DNA from: Cystobasidiomycetes sp. EMM_F5
Lineage: Eukaryota
NCBI GenBank assembly: GCA_051047955.1
Contig: JBPGPT010000027.1
Span: forward strand, 62,001 to 126,000
Length of the DNA stretch: 64,000 nucleotides
Direction of reading: 5' to 3'
Below the pieces are notes generated by a model that saw only the letters and a list, made by a program, of their open reading frames with translations, was not told the origin of the DNA and did no database searches. Within the stretch, counting starts at the first letter, position 1. Each line of letters opens with the position of its first letter. Of this stretch, positions 1 to 11,700 are shown in pieces. The translations under genes and the position numbers were made by a program.

Positions 1-463
1 TTCGACCGTAAGCGAGCCGGCAATTGCCACTATGTTGCCCCTCTCACTAGCTAACACATGATTTCTCCGTCAACAGTATCGTTTCGGCTTGACGGCAGTG
101 GCTGGATCATGCATCCTCATCACGGTCGGCGCAACCGGATACTACTCGTCTGACAGCAATACGACTGCCGCTCAGAAGCTTGCAGCAGTCAAGGGCGGGC
201 CCAAGACCAACTCTACCGAAACAGAAACTGCGGCCGCCCCGCGAGTCGAAGGAAGCGTAGACGGAGATATCAGCACACAGAGCGGATCAGATGCGTACGT
301 AGTGTTCCAGAATGAGACAGCGAAGAAGGAGGAAGAAGACAAGAAGAAGAAGGAAGAAGCTGAAGCCAAGGAGAAGGAAGCCAAGGAAGAGGCCAAACAG
401 AAGAAGGAAGAGGCTGAAAAGAAAGCTAGAGAGGCGCGCGATAAGGCCGAGGGTCGTGCATAA
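1..463 (+). CDS. 3' part of a small hypothetical protein with one hydrophobic segment and a Lys/Glu-rich tail; 5' end lies outside the window
   Basis: Intron GTAAGC(8)...GCTAAC...CAG(76), then an exon encoding FGLTAVAGSCILITVGATGYY...KKEEEDKKKKEEAEAKEK, ending at TAA 463. Confidence 0.55.
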
Positions 464-803
464 GCATATAGCATTTTGAGAGAACATATATCCACGCCTG
501 CCGCACAGCATGCTGAACGGGTTCGCTTAACTTGTAAAAGGCTCGCGTGAAGACAATACCTCAGCCGAACACTACGCTTCGGCCGTTCTCAATCAAAGAC
601 CAATCATTCCTGCCGCAGCGGGCAAGCCCTTTCTTTCCAAATGCATGCTATGCCACTGTTCATCACGTCTATCCACATCGACCTCCACCCGCGCCTGCCC
701 TTTCTATACTCCCAGAAAGTCTTACTTTACGCTACTTGTGCTGAGTAAAATAGCTGATTTGGATACCTATCTTATACTCTACGGCACCAACTATCGCCAA
801 GAA

Positions 804-2169
804 TCACGCCTTGACTTCATTGACGGCATTGTGTGGAGCTTGACCTTCTGAGACGGATAAGAAGCTGGATACGTTTTGCAGAAGCTCCCGCATGACCTCG
901 GCTAGCGTGCCTTCAGTGTTGCTCTGATGACCGAGAATAAGTTAGTACTGAATCACACCCTTTGTGTTGAAATTGACAGACACCAGTATGTGGCTGCAGA
1001 ATAACGTTGTCTGCCTCAAGCAGCCAAGGGTGTACCTTGGGTTCCTGTTCAAAGACATCCAGTCCTGCTCCGCTTAATTGCCCGCTTTTGAGAGCAGCCA
1101 CCAGCGCTTCCTCATCAATGACAGGTCCACGCGCGGTATTCACTACCCGACTGCCCTTCTTGAACATCGCAAACTCTTTTGTTGACAGGAAATGGCGTGT
1201 CGCATCGGACAGCGGGATGTGCACAGACACGACATCGCATTGGCCTAGGAACTCTGATAGTGACTCAACATAAGTTGCGCCAGCTTCGTCTGCTGCAAAT
1301 GTCAGCAACAACATTTGGCAACATGATGTGCGACTTTACCTTGTTCTGGCAGCTTGCGTCGATTGTGGTAGACTATCTTCATGCCGAAAGCTTGTAATTG
1401 TCTAGCGGTGATGCGACCTATGCTTCCCATCCCAAGTATCCCGAGTACGGCGCCCTTTGGATTCAGGCCTTTCGGAACACCTGTGCCCCACTGCCCTCTT
1501 CGCACGTTTCTGTCACCATATATGGTGTTTTTAAGCGTTGTGAGGATCAGAACGGAGGCGGAGTCGGCAGTGGGAATAGACACGGCAGCGGGTGTGTTGC
1601 AGTAGTACACCTTGCCGGCAGATAATGCTTCTGTATCGATGTCTGAAGAGGCACAAGTACAACATGTTAAAGAAAGATAAGAAAAGGTCTGGCAATCGCG
1701 ACACTCACTATCGTATCCAGCTCCACCGCCAGTCAAGAACCGTGCATTAGGCAATGCTTTTGTGAATGCCGCGTCTATCGGCTTGTATTTGTGCAAGAAA
1801 CTGGCGAGGGATACTGTATGACCGCAATGGCGAAACCGGACCCGGTTGACAGCAATCAGGACAATCCAGACATGGAAAGGTATTGGGGATATTTAAATCA
1901 CTCACTGACACCATCTATAGGCCCTTTACTGCTGTCGACGTCGTCAAGCTGCTCGAAAGCCTGATCTCGGCTGGTAGCTTTCGTAGAATCCCAAGTTATG
2001 AAGCTGGCACCCTTGCCTTCCCACTGACGTTGGACTGCCACGTTATTTGAGCATTACTGAGCTTCTTCATGCGTTGAAACCCTGGAATTTCGCTGCGGAG
2101 CTTACAGTCATCCAGCTCGGCTTGAGGGAGCTCCCTCGGGCTGTCGATAACGAGGATATTACGCGGCAT
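804..2169 (-). CDS. D-isomer-specific 2-hydroxyacid dehydrogenase (glyoxylate reductase-like), multi-exon
   Basis: Motifs GILGMGSIG (NAD-binding), VNTARGPVIDE, GAGLDVFEQEP and LQPH. Spliced N-terminus MPRNILVIDS; C-terminus NAVNEVKA*. Confidence 0.9.
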
Positions 2170-2414
2170 ACTGAGGCCTTTCAGAACAGAAGAAAGGCTG
2201 GCTGCGACGGCAGTCTGCTGGTTGCAAGTGGTCGGAGCGAAGACAAGCCTCAGGCAGCTCTTGAGCATCAGACGTAAATTCTTGAACAGTCGCGGCACGG
2301 CAGGGACGGCAACGGCGGCTCCGAGACCTGTACAGCAGAAATTTCGGAGGATACGTACAGGCAGGATATACGGACATCCAAAACGTGGGAGTTCAGCGGA
2401 AGCGGTCTACTTGA

Positions 2415-3809
2415 ATGGCAGTCCTTGCCGCTAGTCGGGAGCTCTCGAATCAAGCTCGAAAAAGGCTCGCAAGACAATCTGAACAGGTTGCAAACGAAAG
2501 AGCCGCAAAGCACAACGATGGGTCGACTACCGCTCATCGCATCGAGGAAATGTACTGGAAAGACCGTACAAAACAGCCAGACTGGTCATTCGCATTCTCG
2601 TCAGACACCGTCCTGAACAATGTGACCTCCGTCGAAAATGTTTCAGATGACATAAGAAATACAGCCCGCTCGCGGAGGGCGTGTTGGACGGACAGACTGG
2701 GTAGAGCGTGGGAATTCTGCTCGTTCCCGCTGTCTGAAGGTAGGGCCGCCGTCACATTTCCTGAAAGGCCGGGTCAGTCTTCGATAGATATGAGTGTCTC
2801 CGCATGCAACTGACAAGCAAGTGTGAAGGCCTGGTATACCTCCCACAATACCTCAGCGTAGAGGACCAGAGAAAGGCCATCATAGGCTGTCTCACAGAGG
2901 CATCAGGACCAGAATCTAGAACCAACCTTGACACTCACTACGTGTCTCCGCCTCACGGGTGGTGGAAAACTTTCTGTGAATCACCTGACCGCGTTCTTCA
3001 ACCCAGAAGTAGTTTTCAAATGAGACCTTGCCGCAGCGAAGTGAGCGAGGGTCCTGCGCAGCTTTCAGAAAGTCGTCGAGTACAGACAGATCTGCCGCCG
3101 GTTGACAATTCAATACATGCACGAGAACTTGCCGACGCGGAAGGGAACGCAAAAAAGGCGGATCCACCAGCAAGCGAGACTGTACGGCCGGCTGCGCTCA
3201 AGGATCTCATACGAAAGCTTCGCTGGACCATTCTTGGGCTGGAATACCATGCAAGTTCGGCAGTCAGTAGCTTGGCAAGTTATACTGACCGAATTCGTAC
3301 AGTGGGGCACAAAGAGCTACAAGTGGAATGCGCAGCCAATGCCGATGCCTAGTACAGTGGTCGATGTCTGCAAGTCAGTCATGTCCGCAATACCGTGGGA
3401 TCAAGTATTTCGAGATAGTCACATCGACATTTCCGTTCGAGAATGGTCGTCGACATACGTTCCCGAAGCAGGTATAGTCAATTTCTACCAATACAAAGAC
3501 GCTCTGACCGCACACGTCGATCAAAGCGAGGTTGACTCGACACGACCGCTCATCTCGGTATCGCTTGGCGAATCTGCCATCTTTCTAGCCGGCGGAGAGT
3601 CTCGTAACGATCGGCCGATTCCCTTTCGGTTGGAAAGCGGAGATGTCATTGTCATGAGTGGTCCGTGCCGACGGGTCTTTCATGGCGTCCCACGTATCAT
3701 CGAGAACAGCATGGATGACAGACTGCTGTCAAACTGGGACGTCGACGATGCAGTCAAGGCTTTCATCAAAGGCACTCGAATGAATATCAATGTTCGACAA
3801 GTCTTCTGA
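2415..3809 (+). CDS. AlkB-family Fe(II)/2-oxoglutarate dioxygenase (ALKBH1-like)
   Basis: KLRWTILGLEYH|WGTKSY, PEAGIVNFY, HVD (HxD), SLGESAIFL, SGDVIVMSG, FHGVPRI, RMNINVRQVF. Introns near 2739-2828 and at 3251-3302. Confidence 0.92.
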
Positions 3810-3884
3810 TCACAGTCGGCATGCCACAATCATGCAATTCTTTGCTCACACAGAAGGGCATGTATTCCAACGATCGATACTACT

Positions 3885-4568
3885 TTACAAGCCCGCATTC
3901 AGCTTGGAGCCCGCCTTGTAGAGCGCGACAAAGTTGACAAAGTTTCCTGTCCACCAGGCCAGAGAGCGCACGTAGGATATGGCGTGCGAATTGGTATTGA
4001 CGTAGAACCAGGCGTGCGCCAATCGTGCCACGGTGTAGACGAGGCACAGCTTGTTGATGAGCGTGTTGGGTAGGTTGGCCCAGTGCGCAAAGACCATCGT
4101 AGCTAGGAATACTGGTAGATTTTCTACAGCGTTCTGGTGAGCAGATTGCTGAATTTGCAATGGTAGGTCAGTCATAAAAGGTCAGCAGTACTGTGCATTA
4201 CAACTGACCTGGCGGCTCATACGATCCAGATCTTCCTGCGTCATCTTTCCCTTGCTTACAGCAATGGGGCCGTACTTGTCGAGGTCTTTTCGCGGCTATT
4301 TCGACATATGACATCAGACGGACTCGCTCGATTCTCATACAAAGTGCATCGACCCACATCTGCATTGTGGTCAATGCCGTAACCCATCTTGACGAAGCGG
4401 GTCGACAGCGCTGCATGGGAGAAGATGAAGAGGCCGATGGCTGTTGCAGGGAACAGTGTCGGAGCTGCTGGAGAGCTGAAGTACTTCGAGCTGCGGAAAG
4501 GAGGCAGGGGTCAGGTCATTCAATATCGGGAGCCACAGTTCAGGCTGCTAGGCATACATGATGCTCAT
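3885..4568 (-). CDS. MAPEG-family membrane protein
   Basis: Spliced model MSII|SKYFSSP...GYGIDHN...AHQNAVENLPVF...YTVARLAHAWFY...RSLAWW, matching the MAPEG pattern. Confidence 0.8.
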
Positions 4569-4763
4569 GATGAAGCTGTGGAGTCGTAATGGTGTTTAAT
4601 TGAAAAGCTTCTTCGAGTTTCTTGCATTCTCGTTGCCGCGCCGTGATCGAGTGGTGCGCGGTCATGCTTCTGGATTGAAGAAGTCCAGCTTTTCGCAATA
4701 TTCTTTCCATGAGGCGCTGCCCAATGCCTGCATAGTCTGCTACAAGCTGCCCGTCATTGATGC

Positions 4764-7355
4764 ATGCCGCCAATCGAGTCCCCGAAAAGAGCGGCGGGAC
4801 GGCGTCTCAAGCCAGGTCGAGCCAAAGGACGCGGACGACCCAGGGCCACGAGCTACGAGACGTGTTCGGGGAGCGACAATGACGACGGTGGTCCAAATGG
4901 AGGGTCCGCGAAGGATGCGCCAGTCTCGCAGGTGCCCAGTGCGATACGTACCATCCGGACTTTGAAGCAACCTCGAGCCAGCAACTCAGCGAAACCGACG
5001 AGTTTCTGCGATACTCCCCTCAAGGAGGCTCGCGCACAGTCGACAAACAAGCTGCGCGACGCCTGGGAAGGTATATTTGAGCGATACTCGCGCGGCGACC
5101 ATCTGGCAAGTGGTCGGGACGACATCTACGACTTTGAAACGGGCGAGGTATGGCATGATGCTGGCTTCCTCGATGACATGCTCGATGACGGCGATGATGA
5201 GGTCGCCCAACTTGGAGAGAATGCCTCGAGTAACGAGATATCCATTGGCTTTTTCGGATTGCCCGGTGCGATGGGTCAGGACGATGACAGTCTGGAGAGC
5301 GATACAGACGATGATAGTCCAGAGGATGACAAGCCGCGCTCGTGTAGCCGCATCGATGACTTTGAGATGCCATCCGACGCTTCTAGCGAAGACGAACTCG
5401 GGCAATGGGTAGGCGATATCCTCCCGCCCGTCAGTCAAGAGTACAAGCAGGCAAAGCGCGCAAAGAGCGAGCTAGCGGAGGATCTTCGGCAATTCCTATC
5501 TCTGGACAAGTCGGAGTCTCGAGCTCTCGTTGAGCTTGAAGCGCTCAAGCGCGAAAGTCTACACCCTGCTGCGAGCAAGCCAAGGCTGCTCAAGGAGGAA
5601 TCCGTTCGACCTATATCTCGTTCTTCTCCAAACCCTCTTATTCGTCAAGCTTCGACTTCTTTTCGGCATTCTCCCTGCCCCTTCGGATTGAAACCAACCT
5701 TGCGTGTTTCATCATCAGCCAGGTCCTCGCCTTTTCCATCTCCTATGTATTCGTATTCGCCTGTATCGAGATCTCCATTCTCTATCTCTGCATCCAAGCC
5801 GTCAAGTGCCGGTAGCTCCACTTCGTACTCGACTACAGGGCATGGCATAACTGCCAACGTCAAGCTGGACGGCGGTAATGCCATTCTGCCTCAGGCGATG
5901 GCAAATGACGATTCTTCGGACGACGACTGTACGCTCGTTTCGGAAAACTTGTCATCACACGACGTCTTTGGCAGTGGTTTAAACATCATCCGCTCCACAT
6001 CGCTCGCGAACGCTGCCGCTACTTTGAAGCGGGAAAAACCCGTAGAATTGGCGCATGATGCAAGGGTCGTGTCCTTATACACCTCACACCCTCCGCTCCT
6101 TCCCGAGAATATGCGTAACGACTCATACAACGACCGTTCTGTTTACAGTGCGAACCACACGAATAACCTTGCGCGCATTGCACAGTCCACCGATCTTAAA
6201 ATCAAGCGCAAGACAGTCATAGAGGTAGTCATCCCTCGTAGATCAGTGTCCGTGTCAGAACTTTCCCGTACTCGATATCAACCAAGTTTAGGGCCGACGC
6301 CCGCTCGCCCTTCTCATGCGCTAAAACAAAAGGCAACTACGCACGACGTATTCTCATCTATACCCAGAATTAACAGAAATGACACTGTTCCGCGACGTCC
6401 ATCGCCACTTAAGATCTCCACCCAAGCTTCCTCCTATCATTGGCCTACTCCGCCTCCCAGTATCGACGATGGACAAACTGAGCCGTTTGCATCTACTTCC
6501 TTCGTGCCAGCGCAGCCCGAAAAAGCCAATTCAATTGCAGATAGTGTGTCAGAGGCAGAGGACACTGCAATCGTACCGTCCAATATGGCTGTAACGCCGC
6601 CGAAGCCGCCCTTATCACCACTCTCCAAACAAACACGACTGCGGCCAACAATTTCGAGATTCTTGACGCCATCTTCGGAAGTGCATCTGTCCTCACCTTC
6701 GGTTATGCCATATCGCGTTGCCTCGAGCAGACCGGCAGTAGAATCGGTGCAGCATGAGAGGCAACCTTGGCAATTCTCGCTAAAGCCATCGCATACGACG
6801 ACAAAGCCGACAACATGGTCTGATGTTGGTTTGCCTACGCCGCCACCGAGTCAGGCGTCTACCTCGTCAAAAAGCGCTTCTCCCGAGCGTGCAATCCTGA
6901 AAGCTCCACACTACCGCATTCCCGGGCACTTAAGCCATACAGCTAGCAGACTTGAAGAGGAAGCAAGAGAGATTTTCAAGTCGCCAAAGAAGGTGACGGT
7001 GGAGAAGAGGCCTGTGCACCCGAGTCCGGGAAAACGGAAACGGCGGTCCGTTACTCCAGATGTCGATGACTACACAGGCGACACAGACGATGAACTCATG
7101 TTTACGCGTCCACCCGAAAGCATGAAGTCGATCTTGTTGGATTCTACGCCGTCTCGGCCGACTGAAGCTACACCTGTTGCTACCGTCAGCGCACCGCACC
7201 ATCGGCCTCGTATACGATGCGATAGCGTAGTGCGGAGCAGGAGCGTCAGTGTCAGCCCGTACGTGCGGAGAGCGGGCAGCGTTTTTGTGAAAAGACCGAC
7301 TGTTGCCCCGCCGGATAATAGCGGTGACGAGTCTGATGACCCGCTGGGAATGTAG
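4764..7355 (+). CDS. SCM3: Scm3/HJURP-like CENP-A chaperone-domain protein with a long Ser/Pro-rich tail
   Basis: ARAQSTNKLRDAWEGIFERYSR...DDIYDFETGEVWHDAGFL (about 5025-5175) matches the Scm3 consensus (LK..FE.IFEKY...DEIDL.TGEIV.DNGHL). Single 863-aa ORF. Confidence 0.65.
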   Translation: MPPIESPKRAAGRRLKPGRAKGRGRPRATSYETCSGSDNDDGGPNGGSAKDAPVSQVPSAIRTIRTLKQPRASNSAKPTSFCDTPLKEARAQSTNKLRDAWEGIFERYSRGDHLASGRDDIYDFETGEVWHDAGFLDDMLDDGDDEVAQLGENASSNEISIGFFGLPGAMGQDDDSLESDTDDDSPEDDKPRSCSRIDDFEMPSDASSEDELGQWVGDILPPVSQEYKQAKRAKSELAEDLRQFLSLDKSESRALVELEALKRESLHPAASKPRLLKEESVRPISRSSPNPLIRQASTSFRHSPCPFGLKPTLRVSSSARSSPFPSPMYSYSPVSRSPFSISASKPSSAGSSTSYSTTGHGITANVKLDGGNAILPQAMANDDSSDDDCTLVSENLSSHDVFGSGLNIIRSTSLANAAATLKREKPVELAHDARVVSLYTSHPPLLPENMRNDSYNDRSVYSANHTNNLARIAQSTDLKIKRKTVIEVVIPRRSVSVSELSRTRYQPSLGPTPARPSHALKQKATTHDVFSSIPRINRNDTVPRRPSPLKISTQASSYHWPTPPPSIDDGQTEPFASTSFVPAQPEKANSIADSVSEAEDTAIVPSNMAVTPPKPPLSPLSKQTRLRPTISRFLTPSSEVHLSSPSVMPYRVASSRPAVESVQHERQPWQFSLKPSHTTTKPTTWSDVGLPTPPPSQASTSSKSASPERAILKAPHYRIPGHLSHTASRLEEEAREIFKSPKKVTVEKRPVHPSPGKRKRRSVTPDVDDYTGDTDDELMFTRPPESMKSILLDSTPSRPTEATPVATVSAPHHRPRIRCDSVVRSRSVSVSPYVRRAGSVFVKRPTVAPPDNSGDESDDPLGM

Positions 7356-7722
7356 AGGGTAGAAGTGTGTAGCAGGGTCGTTGATAGCCGTAGTTTTCAA
7401 TGTTGTCGTAGCATTACATATGATTTGCGGGACAAAAGGATCTTCAAGTTGTTTGGTGATTATGAAGCCGCAACATGACCTTGCCTTTATGCCAGCTGGA
7501 CTGCAAACTGCTGGACCATGACCGTAGCCTTCCTTGCGACGATGCTGCTCCACTACGACGCACTCTGACCTGGGCTGACAATCTCCGACGGGCACTGTAC
7601 GCGCTGAAACGGTAAACAAACATCAATATCGCGCATAAAGCAGCAGCGGCTGTTCAGCAACGGGGCAGCACAAGGCTCAAGTTACTCATAATTTGGTATT
7701 TGAGCATACAAGAATCCCAGAT

Positions 7723-10700
7723 ATGCCCGGTCGCAAGTTCTACGCCGTCGCAGCAGGTCGAGAGGGTCCCCGGATCTATTCTGAATGGTGGGCAGTTTAT
7801 AGGTAGAAGTACACAAAGCGGGCTAAGGTTGATCCTACCTTCTTCGTTCCGACGCAAAACAGGACTCAGTGCGAGAAGGCCGTCATTGGCTTTCCCAATG
7901 CTGCATACAAGAGTTTCGCCTCGTTGCCCGAAGCCGAAGCATACATGCAGAATCCGCCGCCTCGCTCTTGTAGGGTAACATGACAACGGTCTGAGAAATG
8001 CCGTCTGACTTGATAACGCTGCCGCAGCTCCAGTAGTAAACCCCAGATACTACGCCGTCCGAGTAAAGCCGCGTGGAGAAAATCAGATATTTAGAACATG
8101 GTAATTTATATGCACTATGCACTGAAACACAAGCCACATCTAATTGTACAAATTCCATGATATACGATGGCGCTGTCGCCTACAGGTCTGAAACGCAGGC
8201 TTTCATGGAAGCGAATAGATGCTATACCAACAAGGCCTTTGCAACGGAGGAAGAAGCTCGCGATTGGCTGCTCCGTAGTACACAGCACGCTTTGGAAACG
8301 CAGACATCTCGTTCATCCCTCTCCCGCGAAGGATGCATGAATGGTCAAATGTCCATCTCTCGGCAGGCTTCATTGGACAATTTGTCTTCTGGCAGCACAC
8401 CCCCTTTCGAGCTGTCTTCAAACAAAGAAAACACGATCCAATCTTCCATGCTATTGTCGCAGAACGAGTGCGACGCGCAACTTGATAGTCGGCATTCTCC
8501 GTATCCAAGTGGCAGCTCGTCTGCCGCGTCATCAACGAGCAACCAAAACAAACGAAAGCAAGCGCCGAGCTCTTTTTCTAGACCTTCTCGACCTTCTCGC
8601 CCAAATTACTTCAAGCCCAGCACTTATCATTCAGCCCATGCTTTCGTTGAAAGCCCAGCTCCACAACGCCCTGCCTTTGTCTCCGCTTCACAAATGCTAG
8701 AAAGTGCCCGCCCTATAGCATCAACGTCTCAACCGGGATTCCTGCCCAGCTCGTCAGGATCACAAGAGGACCCGGTAAACCTGCTGAGCTCCGACGCGGA
8801 CATGGAAGAGGTAATCAAACCAACATTTTCTGACTTGTACAACCACGACTCGTTGGCACCAAAACTCAATAATACAAAACGCGCCTTTGGGCCGAATGAG
8901 GATTGCATACCCTTAGACTTTGCACCCGTTGCCAGTACCTCAACTCTATCACCTTGCGCCGCTCAAGTACCAGAAGCACCGGCTGGACCACCTTTGTCTG
9001 CAGAGCAAACGCGAATCCTAGATCGAGTCATGAGGGGCGAGAGCATATTCTTCACAGGCTCAGCTGGAGTTGGCAAATCAGTCCTTACGCGAGCTATCAT
9101 CGCCGCAATGCGGGCAAAGTACCCTGGTAAAAACACTGTCGCCGTTACTGCCACTACCGGTATCGCTGCGACAAATATCGAAGGATGCACCCTCCATTCA
9201 TGGGCTGGTGTCGGTCTCGGCAAAGGTCCGGTTGAAAAGCTCTACTGGCCTATCATCAAGGCGAAAGGTTTAAATGAGAAAAAGGCGAGATGGCAGCAAT
9301 GTCAGGTACTCATTATTGATGAGGTGTCCATGCTCGATGGCAAGTTCTTCGATGTGAGTGCCACATTCCAGGCCGAGTATTACATAAGGTAGCTGACGTC
9401 CGCGTGCCGTAACAACTCGACGAGCAGAAGTTGGAAACGATTGCCAGAATGGTGCGTCAGAATTCGGCTCCTTTCGGCGGCATCCAGCTTGGTACGTACT
9501 CCATTGAGTCACGTCGTGCGGGACTGATCATTTCCCGCATCAGTCATTACGGGCGACTTCTTTCAACTCCCGCCCGTTCCTGACTACAGTGGTCCAGGAC
9601 AGCCGAAAATCCCCATTACCTTCGCCTTCAATGCCAATACATGGAACACCTGCATCCAACATACCGCCGTTCTGAAACAGTGGGCTTCCTCCGCTTCATA
9701 CTTGTGACGCGAAGGCTGACGAGTTACTTACAGAGTCTACCGACAAAAGGATCAAAGTAAGGATATATCACCCTCCTAAAATGGAAAAGGCTGAGCGTAG
9801 CTTCGTATTAGCATTCGTAAACTTATTGAACGAGCTGCGCGCTGGCAGGCTCAGCCCGCTAGCCATCAAGACCTTCGGCTCTCTTGCTCGACCCGTCAAG
9901 TACGAAGATGAGATTGAACCCACATGTTTGTATCCGAAGCGAGATCAAGTAGCTCAAAGAAATGCTATGCGCTTAACGAAACTGCCCGGCAACGAAGTCA
10001 TTTATACTTCGACCGATAATTCCGGTCGGGATCCGGAGACTGGTCAGCATTATTATCCTGAAGACGAGAGACTCACAAAGTTTCTCAATTCCGTATGTAC
10101 TGCAAGATCTGCGAGTTATGCAGTTTAGGCTAATTTGAGAATGCAGAACACGCTTGTCGAGCGAAGTATGACGTTAAAGGTTGGAGCGCAAGTCATGCTC
10201 GTCAAGAATCTGACAATGGGTCACGTGAATGGTACGCTAGGCAAAGTTCTTGGCTTTGCGTCTGGTCAGGATATTCGCGCTGCCCGCTTGGCGTTCAGTC
10301 AGGGTAGTATTCAAGAGAACGTACCACAATCAGTCGCTGCGAAGCCGGATGAAGCTTCTCATACTCATGATGCAGTCCTGCGCGACCTCGAGAACGATCT
10401 CACTGTAAAGTCCGAGGAAGGCGTCAATGCTATGTTACCTGCGCCAGCTGTTAAGACCGAAGTGGTCGAACAACAATCAACTCCCGTCAAGCACGAGCGG
10501 GGTGATGCCGAGTCTTATATGCCGGAACAAATTACTCCTGCCAGCAATCCAGCCAAGGCTGTAGAGGCACCTGTAGAGGCACCAGCACAACACCCGATAG
10601 CTGAACATCTCGTCAACATTCGGGTGGGACAAGCCAAGCTTACTGAACGCGAAAAGCGGGCTCGAAACATGGATGAGGGCGACGATGACGAGTATGAGGA

Positions 10701-11184
10701 GAATGTTCCTCCTGGACATTGGCCAGTCGTGCAATTCAAGAATGGCAGAACGGTACTTCTGCCAAAGATGGATTTTGAGGTCCAGAATAGCGCGGGCGTC
10801 ACAGAAGCTTGTCGTCAACAAGTGCCGCTGATTTTGGCTTGGGCGTGAGGCGGTACTGTGTAGAATCCGTGAACTACGCTTACATGATTTCGGTGGACAG
10901 GCTGTCTATACACAAATCGCAGGGTCAAACGCTCGAGCGGGTCAAGGTGGATATGGGTGAGATTTTCGAAGCGGGACAGGGTTATGTCGCTTTATCTCGA
11001 GCTACGCGACTGGAAAGCCTCCAAGTCATCCGCTTTCGGCCGGAAAAGTATGTTACCTGATAATTTAGAGATTAGGATGTCTTGCTGATGACACATACGC
11101 GATTTTACCAGGATTAGAGTCAGCCCGGTCGTAGTCAAATGGTACCAGGGTATTCTCAACGCTGCCAAAGCAGAGACCCAGTAA
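7723..11184 (+). CDS. PIF1: Pif1-family 5'-3' DNA helicase with two N-terminal RNase H1-type hybrid-binding (Cauli_VI) domains
   Basis: Helicase motifs [69 protein letters not shown] and GQGYVALSR. 5' exons 7723-7787, 7863-7969, 8028-8100 and 8186 onward splice in frame. Confidence 0.93.
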
Positions 11185-11700
11185 TCCCATAATCCGGTTT
11201 CATCATCCACATTTGTAATAAGTAAGGACTACGCCAGTCGTCACCGAGATTCTCGTTGTAATACCTCTCGCAACCGATGAAGATTCTTATCTCGTGTTTG
11301 CTGCTGTGGTTTTAAGGGCCGACTTTGACACTGGTCGACGTCCACTGGTGTTTCTTGTATTTCGTCCCAAGATATCGGTCGGCCAAGTTGGTCAGTCCCA
11401 CAACGCTTGCACTTCCTGGACACAGCTGACGTGTACTGCGACACCGCGTAGCAAATACTTGACCGCTCATCCAGAATTTCGTCGTCGACATATCGTTCAT
11501 GTTGGCAAGAAACGGCAGTGCGAATCTCTTCAGTACCCTGTCAAAACATAACACGACTTCAAAAGGTATGCACACCATGTTTGAATGCTTAGGTGAGACT
11601 TGCTGACGCTTCGATACCTTGAAAAGCTTTAGCTCGCCGTCAAGTTTCTTCCTCGGAAACCTCAAACCTGCTGGCGCCGCTGTAAACTGCTGGCTCTTCG

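Noticed and set aside
2268..2537. ORF MSGSRPIVVLCGS as the dehydrogenase start
   Set aside because: It overlaps AlkB exon 1 in antisense. The ATG at 2169 gives a coherent spliced model.
7723..8280. A separate RNase H1 gene upstream of Pif1
   Set aside because: No RNase H catalytic motifs follow, and the second domain lies in the same open exon as the helicase Walker A motif.
8980..11184. Pif1 as part of a Helitron transposon
   Set aside because: No HUH Rep domain or terminal hairpin/CTRR end was seen. The motifs and intron-rich structure fit a cellular Pif1.
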